DNA from: Vicugna vicugna
Taxonomy: Eukaryota
Length of the DNA: 64,000 nt
Assembly (NCBI GenBank): GCA_013265495.1
Contig: MU058781.1
Location: 9,095,009 to 9,159,008, forward strand
Direction of reading: 5' to 3'
Shown here: positions 53,801 to 64,000 of the stretch, one piece after another
Numbering within the stretch: position 1 is the stretch's first letter
How the letters are laid out: each line of letters opens with the position of its first letter
Program-made: the position numbers and the translations under genes
The notes under the pieces: model-generated
The model's database searches: none
What the model was told of the DNA's origin: nothing
What the model saw: the letters and a program-made list of their open reading frames with translations, nothing else

Positions 53801-54204
53801 TACTTCCGCTGACATGGGTACTGCTCTGGGAGTGACGGCACCACACGTTCAGTGGAGTAACACAGAGAGGTGGTTTCGTAGGAACCACGGACTGAAAAGT
53901 GTTCTAAAGATCACTCTCACCTTCACCAGACCCCGGCTGTGCGGGAAATACATTACATCATCAATAGCCTGAGACAGGCAAGCGTTACGAACGGGAGAGT
54001 GGCTGGAAAACAATACATTTTAATTTTATTCCTAAACAATGATGATATCTAATCATTCCTATGAGACTCACACGTCACTCCGTAAACCCAGTGCCGATCG
54101 TGAAACCCATGGAAGACCGTCTACAGTTTCGCTGGGGACCCACACCCTTCTATTTCCGATTAGAGGGTCCTGTTTCCAAATCATGGGGGTTTTAAATGCA
54201 AAGA

Positions 54205-54672
54205 TGTACTGGTTTGCTAAGGCTGCCATAACCAAGTACCACCCACTGGGGGACTTAAACAGTGGAAATCTATTGTCTGTCACAGTTCTGGAAGCCAGAA
54301 GGTCACCAAGATGAAGGTGTCCATACTGTTGGTTCCTACTGAGAGCTGTGAGGGAGAATCTGCCCCTGGCCCTTCTCTGAGGTTCGGGTAGTTTCTGGCT
54401 ATCTTGGGTGTTCCTTGGCTTACAGAAGCATCACCTTGATCTCAGCGTTTACCTTCACATGGTGTTCTCTTCGTGTGCACGGGGCTGCATCCAAGTTTCT
54501 TTTTTTTAATAAGAACACCAGGCATATTGAATTAAGGCTTACCCAAACTCCAGTGTGATCTCAACTAACCCCGTCTCCCGTGACCCTGTCTCCAACTAAG
54601 GTCACATTCTGAGGGCCTGTGGGTTAGGACTTCAGCATATGAATTCTGGGGAAACGCAGTTCATCCACAACA
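54205..54672 (-). mobile_element. MLT1C-like solo LTR
   Basis: tgtactggtttgctaaggctgccataac...aggtcacattctgagg...ccacaaca. TSD aaaga/gaaga. Confidence 0.9.
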
Positions 54673-56766
54673 GAAGAGTTGGTCTCTTGACCTAGGAGCT
54701 TATTAGCAAGTTTGTAGGATATAGTCTCTGGATTTTCCCCTTTTACTCTTTTTTTTTCTGCCTGGTTTCTTATAATAAAAGTTAGGCAAAGAAAGGGGGG
54801 AAAAAAATAAAGTTCAAGCCAATATATCTCACATTGTTGGACTAAGCTTCGGTCACAGGATGGGGATTTAAGTCTTTTAGTTCACAGTGTGTTTAAGTGG
54901 CTTCCCATCACAATGATAGGTAAGGAGGTGGTGGCCGAATTAAGAATAAGATATGAGACCTAATCGTAAATGACAAGGATGAAGTAAGGATTGCATTCCA
55001 ATATAAGTCCAGAGCCATGATTAATATTAACATGTCTTCTTGCAGTGATGCTCCCTGCCGTGTGATTTATTTGTTTGACACCTTTGTCAAGTGTGTGTAA
55101 GCGGCAGGTTCTGTTCCAGGCTGGCCTTGGAGAGCCCACACTCCACAGGGCGGAGCTGGTGCCTCCCTGTCTGGAGGTTCAGGACCCAGAACGGGGCTTG
55201 AAATAGATTGTGGTGCATTGAACAGACTGGGGCAGCCTGGAGGGCTTTATACCCACAGATGTGCATGTTTGCAGGTCAGAAGGTGATGCAGCTCTTATTT
55301 TTAAAAATCCTCTTTCTTCACACACATCACCACCTGGTTTTCCTTCTAACCCATTCTCAAGATCTCAGTCGTGCTCTCTTTCCATCTCATTCACTTATTT
55401 TAGGGGAAATAGTTTGAACAGCCTTCTCTGAGGGAAATTCCTCTGAAATTTTGACCACCAGAGTCTTTCCAGAACATTCAAAAACTCAGCAGTAACTTGG
55501 GAAGGTATCGAGGAGAAGATGCTTAGAAAATGACATTTCATTTTGCTAATCACCACGCCACATAGCTCTGAGCAGGCTGTGGTCAGGATTACGGGAGGAA
55601 GGCACCAGAGTGGATTACAACACACAGCTGACCTCTTACCACCCGGCTGAAGCTCGAAAAACAAAACCAAATCCCATCTTACTAAACCATACCTGCGTCT
55701 TTTCTGGGAAATACCCCAGATTATGAGTTTGTTTGTTTTTTGAGATGGTTTTCCTTGCCTGGGAGAGCCATCCAGAAACTTAAGTCAATAAGGTTCTCGT
55801 ACTACATGGGCGTTTTGCCTCCTCGGGGCGGGCTTGAGCCCTAACACTTGAGATCGCAGTTTGTCTTGGGCAGGCTATGCAGCTTTAATCTTACAAATAT
55901 GAAGATAAAAGACAGAATTAGAGCCAAAGCAGGATACTTTATTTTTAAACCAAAGACAGCAGAAACAGCAACAGAGAAGAAAGGAACCCAGCTAGGACTG
56001 TCTCCGGGGCCGACGTCCATTGGTCCTGGTTCCTTCTATTTTCCAGTTTGTTTTCTTCATCCCCGTCTCAGCCGCCTGAGCCTCCTCTGTCTTGTCTGCC
56101 CCATGTTCTAATTCGACCCCAGCTTCGTCCACTGAAACAGTGAAACTTAAAAGACAGATTTAATCAGATGTGTCTGTGGCCATGCATTTTTTGCTCTCAA
56201 GAATAAAGGGAGCTTTGGAGTTGGGGTGATGCTGGGGCCAATGAGTGAATTGCTGATGGTGGCCCCAAAGGGGCCGAGGTGTCTGCCTACTGGTATAGAT
56301 CCCGCTAATAAATTATTCTTAATTAATTTTTAAAATTAATGGCTAATGCCTATTAAGTACTTATTATGTGCATGTCTGAGAACCCATTTGTATTTGATAA
56401 CAGTCCATAATGACACGAAAAATGGTTTCATTTCACAAGGGAAGAATTTGAGGGTGAAAGAAGTTAAGTTACTTCACAAGTCACTTGGCATTCCTGGCAG
56501 AACCAGGAAAGGATCCCGGATCTTTCTGTCCAAAACATCACCCATGACTCTATCTAACAATAATGGGAGGAGAACAGGGAGGCAGAGATCACTGAGCCAT
56601 CTTGAAAGTAGAGTCATACAAGACCTAGAAGTTGGAAGTGCCTGGCAAAGTCATTAAGTTCCAGCATTTTCCATTGTCCTTTATCCATGGGGCTGAGTGA
56701 GTATGGTTCTGACTATAGATGAGGCCCAAGGAAATGTTAAAACCGAGGTTTAATTAGATGTGTGCC

Positions 56767-57142
56767 TACAGTGGAGTATTACTCAGCCTTAAAAAAGAAC
56801 AAAATCCTGCCATGTGCGACAACAGGGATGCACATGGAGGAGGTTGTGCTAAATGAAATAGGCCAGTCACAGGGGAACAAAATACTGCATGGTTCCACTG
56901 ACATGAGGGACCTAAAATGCTTAGACTCATAGAAACAGAGTAGGATGGCAGGGGGTGAGGGTGTGGGGAGCTGCTGCTTAACAGATGTAAAATTTCAGTT
57001 ACAGGAGATGAGTTATGTTCTGGAGACCTGCTGTATGACATTGTGTCTGCAGTTAATAATACTATACTGTACATTTGAAAATCTTGCAGTAGGTAGATTT
57101 CACGTTAACTGTTCTTACCACAATAAAAACAACAACAAATAA
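56767..57142 (+). mobile_element. L1 ORF2 end plus 3'UTR (L1MA/MB-like)
   Basis: tggagtattactcagccttaaaaaag...aaatactgcatggttccact...gttctggagacctgctgt...tcttaccacaataaaa. Confidence 0.88.
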
Positions 57143-57339
57143 CCTCACATGTGTGATGGAGCCAATCAACTTTATCCAGCAATGGGCTGGGGGTTAGTGG
57201 GCAGGCAGCAGAGGAGAAAGCCACTACGTGGAGCTTGAGTGGTGGGTTAGAGAGGCAGAGGACCAGAAGAGGACACGAGGCATGGGGAGTACTGGCGAGA
57301 GAGGGCACTGGAGGACCTGGGGTCCACGCAGGTAGGTGA

Positions 57340-57610
57340 TGAAACAAAGCCAGTGACTTGTCTTCTCATGATTCTCTCAGCCACTCCCTCTTGCTCGTTG
57401 CCTCCTGGTTGTAGTGTAACTTCGGCGCCTCCAGCTGACATGTCTGCTTCCAATAGAAGAAAGAAAAAGAGAGGTGCCAGAGGTGTCAGTCTCCCTGTAT
57501 CAGGAAGACACTTTCAAGGACGTCCCCAGTCACGCTGTGCTTGTGTTCCATTGGCCAGAACTCTGCCTCATGGCACCCTGGGCTAGGCAGGCTGGGGAAC
57601 CAGTAAACCA
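57340..57610 (-). mobile_element. Old MLT1J/K/L-like LTR relic
   Basis: cattggccagaact...catggcaccct...ggctgggga motif. Confidence 0.5.
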
Positions 57611-59759
57611 GCGGGATTGTAACGACAAGGAAGAAGAGGCCCGGGGAGCAGAGCAGCGAGGGCTGCTGCTGCTGCTGTTCACACCTCAGAGTAAATACCT
57701 GATCAGTTTGCTTTTTCACCTGAAAGCTGCTACACTGCAAGAAAGGAATTTGGCAGGTAAGCAGGACAGGAGCGGACCCAGCGTGAGGAAAGGGAGGGAT
57801 GCTTTCGCTGGATGTGCTCTTTGAGAAAACAGGTTTCTGAGGAGTTCGAAGTGCAGATGGTTATACAGGTAGAAGATAGCCAGGCAGTTGAGGGGCCCGA
57901 GGTGGAAGCAGGATGCGATGCAGTGATGAAAGTAAGATGTCCTGGCAGCAGTGATGGACCCAACTTGTAATTTTCTCAGGATTGACAGCTTTTCTGGTGT
58001 CCCCATTGCTGAACATCTTCTCCAGTGCTTTTTTTTTTTTTTTTGTCATGCAAACTTAACTTCACAGATACCTGCTATAAAAAAAAGCACACCCAGGACC
58101 CTTTCCAGGCCATTAAGAAAGGTGCCAACAACTTACAACCTACAGCACAGCCAGGGCTGCAGGTGGAGGGGCTTAGGTCACTGTGGCCTCTGGGAGTCAC
58201 CCAAGCTGTGTGGCCCCAGAGGGCTGAGGCCAGGATGACTCTCGAGAAGCTGCCTTCACTTTACTGCAGACAATTGTGGCCAACCTTGAATCAGTTTGTC
58301 AAGAACAAGGCCAATCATGAATTAGTTCAGTAGCAAGAGCCAAAAGGAGGGGAGGTCTTAAGTCACTCCATTTAATTTTTCTCTCATTTTTTCCCCAGTT
58401 AATTTTAGTTCAGTTTCATCTTGGAAGTTTCTTTGGCTGCAGAGATGTGGGTTTTCCCTGCAGTGAGGTCAAGGCCCTGGGCTGGGGGAGGATCATTTAC
58501 ATTCTTGGTCTCCCGACGGATAGAGATGCTGGCAGCTCTAAAGGCGGACAATGGCTCTTTGTGGACACCGCAGTGAGTGACTTGCCAAAGGTCATTTATG
58601 GAGTGAGGGAGAAGCCACGATCCTCAGGAGTTCCAGTTGAACTTGTAGTCCACAGGAAACCGAGAGAAATGTTTGCCCTCTTAGTTTAACTTCTATTATT
58701 TTCACCTCAAGCATTTGGCATTGAATTGCTGGAAGATGGTTTGTTAAACTGGCCTTATGTAAAGAGGTTCTGTTGATGTATCTTGCTCCTGCTACCACTT
58801 CAGCTTCCTGACACATGAGTAGGAGTGATTTATGAAGACATTTGAATCTTCTACAGTTGTCATTCTTTGAATATCGGTGTATTTTTCTCCCCCATCCTTA
58901 ATTATTTCAGTCCATGGTGAACTCTGATCGCAGTCCCCCTTAAGTCAAGCTCTCTCTTCAAGGCTAGGTTCTTGTACCTGATGCTTTGATATTACACTCT
59001 CCACCCTTGTTTCCTACGATTTAAAAAAACATTTTTAAATCAAATTTTAGAATATTTTTACTTGGAGAAAATCACATAATGAAGGCAGTTCTACTTATTG
59101 TAGATTTTTGATATTCTGGTGGGATTAACATGTTGAGACAGTTTAATTAATCTTAATCACCAAAACGTACTTAGCAAGTGCTTGTGCGGGAGATGTTCCA
59201 TGAGGCAGCATGTAAGGAAAAAATATATATGCACTTCTGGGAAGTAGTCTTCAATCTCAGGAATGAATTGACACTTTTCTGTTCAAGTTTACAAAATTAA
59301 TTTAAAAGTGATTTGAAAATTAACTGTCAGACAGTTGAGTGTTTTTAGGTTCATCTTACAGATCGTTGTGGATACCACCGTTGTACCACCACATTGGATT
59401 CTAACTCTCTGTTTACTTCTCTCCTTTACCAGCCAGTAAGTTACCAGGTGCTTTTGGATGAATAAATAAATGTCTAAGGACGGGAAGGAAAGTAAAATTA
59501 CACAACAAGCAATGAGTTAAAGCAGTCCTTTAAAAGATGGCAATTACTGGAACGGAAGTGCAGAGTTTAAGGCTCAGTCTTATGAAGATAGCAGCAGAAA
59601 AACACACAGAAATATTTGCATCTTATTCCCCCAAATGTAGTCAGGGTTCTTCTGGCAGTGGAGGGTAGCAAGAGTGGAAATGCAGGCTTTATTTTCAGAC
59701 CATCACTATAGTATTGACTTCTGTATTCAATTCACAGGGGTCCTGCCTTCTCTCACACA

Positions 59760-60372
59760 CTCACCACCTCTGGTGGGTCCCACTGCAACAGCTTCCAGGT
59801 TTGATATCCCTGGTTTCTCCATTCAGATAACCTTTCCAAATTATGCGTCTGAATGTGTCATTCCTCCTTTAAAAGCCACCCAGTGCCTCCTCATCATCTT
59901 AAAGGAAAAGAAAGCCAAGCATCTCAGCGTGCCCTGCTCGCCGGGCTCCTCCACACTCACCCCCATACTACCATCAAATGGACCATAGTCATTAGTTATT
60001 GTAAATTTCTTGCAGCCCTTGAACTTGCCATGTTTCACATCTCTGTGCTTTTCACACATGCTGTTTGCTCTGCATGGACTGTCCCTCCTTCCAGGGTCTT
60101 CCTACAGCCCCATTCTCAGCCTTCTAAACTCAGCTCAATGGTCAAGTCCCTTGAGAGCCCTCCCTTGCTTCTCTCTCTTCCTTTGTGATTAAGTTTATCT
60201 GCTTTTATTGTGATACCTCTTACTCCATGGGTGTGATTTTGTGTATGTGATGGTCTCACGTGCCCTGGCAGGAGCTGGCAGGAAGCATGTCTACTTCATC
60301 TCTGTCCTGAGGTTCCACACAGGATGCGATATGTTGCGTTTGCCTGATTTGTAGCTGTGGGAATGACTGAGT
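59760..60372. mobile_element. L2 relic
   Basis: tgtcattcctcctttaaaagccacccagtg...acatgctgtt..ctctgcatgga...gaatgactga. A similar relic lies at ~63780-63980. Confidence 0.6.
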
Positions 60373-60518
60373 GCAGGGCCATATGGAGACTTCGTTGAAG
60401 AGATAGGATTACGGGAGATCGCAAGGTGGTGGGGATGAGAGATGTAGAATGGCCTTGAATTCCAAAGTGTGTGTGGTGTGTGTGTGTGGATTTAAGTTCC
60501 CCCTTTCTGGTCCTAGAG

Positions 60519-60690
60519 CAGTGGTTCTTCCAGTGTTAGCCCCAGACCAGTAGCATCAGAGTGACCTGAGACCTTGTCAGCAATGCACATTCCTGGGCCC
60601 CATCCCAGACCTAGGGCCAGGACCCAGCAATCTGTAGTTTAGCAAACCCTCCAGGTGATTCTGAAACACGCTTAAATCTGAGAAGCCCTG
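60519..60690. mobile_element. MER5A/B MITE
   Basis: cagtggttct...ccagaccagtagcatcag...gggccccatcccagacct...ccctccaggtgattctg...tgagaagccctg. TSD tcctagag/ccctaggg. Confidence 0.88.
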
Positions 60691-61380
60691 CCCTAGGGAA
60701 TGAGGAAGTCAGGATTGCGCAATCTGCCACTTTCCTAGCTTGAATTCAGTGCAAATGAGTGAGTTTACACAGGCTCCTCGGTGCAAGGAACACTTCAGTT
60801 TACTTCGTGTGCAAGACACCCCTTCTGATCAGCTCTTCTCTCTTAGACTGGATTTCCCACAGCCCTCGGTTTCTAAGAGCTGAACAGAGAGTTCTGGAAG
60901 ATAAGATCTAGAATGTTTGATTAACATGAAAAGATATATCGGGAATGAAAAAGGCCTATTTGTATTGGAACAAGTTCATCGGCCTCAGGCTCTGTCGTAC
61001 CCCACTGAGGGGAGGGAAGGAGACACCAGGAAGCAGTGGACAGATCGTGGTTTTGAAGTCAGGGATACCTGGTGCGGATCCTACCTCCAGCCCTGAGAAG
61101 CTGGCTAACTCCTTGGCTTTCGTGGGCCTTAGTCCTGTCAAATGTGAAAGGGAAATGATAGTCCCTAACCAACGCGGGTGTGGTAAGGATCGAACGGAAC
61201 GTGACATATTCAGGCGCTCAACACACGACTGCCCCGTTCCGTCCCCCACCACCTGGTCAAAGGCGTGTCCGGTGCCAGACACAATGAAATACACAGGTAG
61301 GGCTGAGTCAGTCTATGTTACAATCTGAGGCCAGGCTATCCCATGGTGTTCTAGCAAGGTTTGGTAACACAGAAACCCTG

Positions 61381-61572
61381 GCAGTTTGCTAGCTAAAATA
61401 CAGGACACCCAGTGAAATGTGAATTTCAGATATATGATGAATAACTTTTTTAGGTAGCATTCGTGTGTCCCATGAGCCCTTTGGGACCTATGCTAAACAG
61501 TTATTCATCATTGATCTGAAATTCACATTTCACTAGCTGTCTTGGATTTTTATTTGCTAAATCTGGTAACCC
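61381..61572. mobile_element. Full-length palindromic MER53 MITE
   Basis: aaaatacaggacacccagt...gaatttcagata...gtccca..ttgggac...atctgaaattc...tatttgctaaatctggtaaccc. Confidence 0.88.
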
Positions 61573-64000
61573 AGACTTGCCTTAGGGTAGAAGCGTGGTC
61601 CGTGGCAATGGTTTTCTCCCCACTAACATTTTAATAAAGGCCATCTCTGAGCAGAACATGCTGGGTACAACCTGATAAGGAAACTCAGTGCCGGAATATA
61701 CTGGGTGATGTGGAGCAAAAAGGGGAGGCCCAGCTAATCGTCTTGGGAATTTGGGAGGAGGATACGGCTGCTGTGGCTGCTGCTGGTTGATGCATCTCAG
61801 ACTCCTGCCTCCATTAGCAGAAGAACTGGAAGTCACCTCTTGCCCTTCCTCCCACCCCCAGGCACCTCCGGATGTGGAGCTGTGGTCATTGCCCCACTTC
61901 TGTGCACTTGCTGCCCAACTTTAAGTCAGAGGCGATATTAAAAGCTGTAACCGTTCTGGTTAGGATTCTGTGGTGCTTGTTTGTATTTTTCAATCTGGTA
62001 TTAGTGTGGAAACGAGGCTTTGTTCAGTCTAACCAGTGAGCTGGATTTTAAAGCATTTGCTTATTTCCACCCCTTTGAAAGTGCTTAGCAGTTGAATTAT
62101 TTAAACTAGAAAGAGATGAGGGAGTTAGAAAGGAGGGCTGCCTGCCCCAGGCACAGCCAGGGGAGGGTGCTAAATGTGGTTATCAAGAGATCAAAGACCA
62201 AGGAGAGACGCCTTTGATCTGATGCTTGCCAAAGCTGCAATTAGATCTTTGAGGCTCTGCACTTGGCCCCCGCCCCTCCCCACCCTTTCTGCGTATTTAT
62301 TCTCTTTTCCTGGACACCTGGACGTGCTAGACCAAGGCATGCCCTGGAGAAAGCCGTGTGGCAGTGGGACGTCTGAGTGTGCCCTAGGACACAGGAGACA
62401 TAATCTCTCCTAGAGGAAAACCCCTTTTCTAAATACAGTTGCTTTCATTCATCATTTTTGAGGGAATAAAAGGTAAATGTGAAATCCCCCCCGTTACACC
62501 TGCAGATGCATGTCCCAGTGTGTGAGCCGATAGGAATCAAACTGTGGTTTCAGTGCTCTTCCTTTGATGCAAACAGGAGCGGTACCGACTGGCTGCAACT
62601 ATGAGTTGCCCGGATTTTCCAGATGTTTGAGGTGGGGGTGGGGGAGGCAGGAGTGGGAGACCCCGGGGAGGTCTGCTGCACACCCAAGCCAAATGCTAAC
62701 TCTTTTGATTTCTCACTTTTGTTTTCGTGATGACATAGGACTATAGAACCGTCTTTAAGAGGTCTGCTCTGTCTTCCCTTTACTCTGAAAAGCTGCTTAT
62801 CACAGTCCCTAAGATCTTATTTATGGCAGTCCTCTGAGCAGCCTCGGTCTCGTTCTGAGAATTTTTTACGCAACTTGTTCGAGTTGGAAAAGTACAAGAA
62901 TAATGGGTACATTTCTGCAGATGAGTCAAACGCTTCATCCCTATCAGGCTGTGCGAGATACAGAATGTCTGTGGTTTTCACTCTTGTTTCCTTAATGGAC
63001 ATGATTTCATATGTGTTTCCTAATCCTGAGCTATTGAAATATTGATTCTCATCCTGACCTGGCCTCCTGGGAGCGGAGCCAGTCTATCTGCATCTCTGCT
63101 CTCCACATTTAGACTGTCTTCCTGCTGACCTAGACTGTGAACACCAGGATGAGATTAGATTTGTTTTGGGCAGGGGGTGGGAGGATTGGGGAATGTAAAT
63201 CCCAGTGAAATCGCTGTCTGGCCTCGTTTCTGTTTGACAGAGTGGGGCAGCTACTCTCGACATTTTTGGCCAGTGTTATCATGTATTTACCCTAATGTCT
63301 TTTTTGCTTTTTCCTCCCTATTTGATTTTAATATATATAGGCTGTCCAATGAAAATAGGAAAATAAATCCCAGCTAAAGATTCATTTGAACTTCTGAATA
63401 GGATTGTCTGAACAATGTAAAATATTTTACAAGGAATTCCAGAAAGATGAATAATGTATACCACATCAAAAATGTCTTGGGCATGGAAAATATTAGACGC
63501 CTCTCCATAACTTGTGTGATCTTTGAGTAGAGATGAAAGATGGTTTAGAAGTAAGTTGTCAGCATCTGGTGCCGGGCACAGTGTCTGATAGGCTATAATT
63601 CCATCCTATTTGAAGATGGAGGGGTGGGGAAGTCTGCCAAGTGACCATTTATCATCATCAGTTCAGCTCCTTTGCACCATGACAATGTTGAGGAAATAGA
63701 GGTTCACGAAAGTGAACCCTGAGGAGACTAATAGGCCTTCCCATAACGCATTTAATGTCTTCTTCATGGCTGACTCCCCTCCTTCAGCCTTCTCTCTCAC
63801 ACCATTTCCCCAGTTCATACCCAGATCATTCACCTGGACCAGGGTGACGACTTCCTACTTCCTCCCTTCACGCAGGCTTGTGGCTTCCAATATTCGTCCT
63901 CCATACAATTACTGGACTGAGGTTTTAAAGATACTTACTTGTTTACAGTCCGCTAGGGACTTCCTACTACCCAGAGTCCCACGGCCCTTTTCTGACATAG

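Noticed and set aside
60945..61328. 127-aa ORF with an overlapping antisense ORF
   Set aside because: Overlaps a MIR-like relic and shows no protein-family signal.
62821..63045. Stop-free plus-strand frame (LWQSSEQPRSRSENFLRNLFELEK...)
   Set aside because: No convincing splice sites and no recognisable homology. The length is compatible with chance.
1..64000. Host gene identity and strand from repeat orientation
   Set aside because: No recognisable exon. Most L1s are plus while most MLT1s are minus, so the orientation bias is contradictory.

Overview
Repeat-rich mammalian intronic or intergenic DNA. It is probably camelid (alpaca/llama/camel): it carries four tRNA-derived SINEs of the Vic-1 type and no Alu, Bov-tA, PRE-1 or Can-SINE. 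I found no protein-coding exon I can recognise, and the ORF track is explained by repeats, low complexity or chance. The window holds L1 fragments of several ages, MLT1 (MaLR) solo LTRs, an ERV1 MER34/39-like solo LTR, MIR and L2 relics, hAT and Tigger MITEs (MER2, MER5, MER53, MER58, MER63) and microsatellites. The most notable structures are: (1) a three-part U6 / L1-ORF2 / L1-3'-end retrocopy with a target-site duplication (TSD), nested in an older L1; (2) a near-perfect 268-bp tandem duplication inside the ERV1 LTR; (3) a MER53 hairpin whose two arms share apparently derived substitutions; (4) two low-confidence plus-strand exon candidates. The sequence alone does not support a new biological system. 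Repeat family names come from recalled consensus sequences compared by eye, and many boundaries are approximate.
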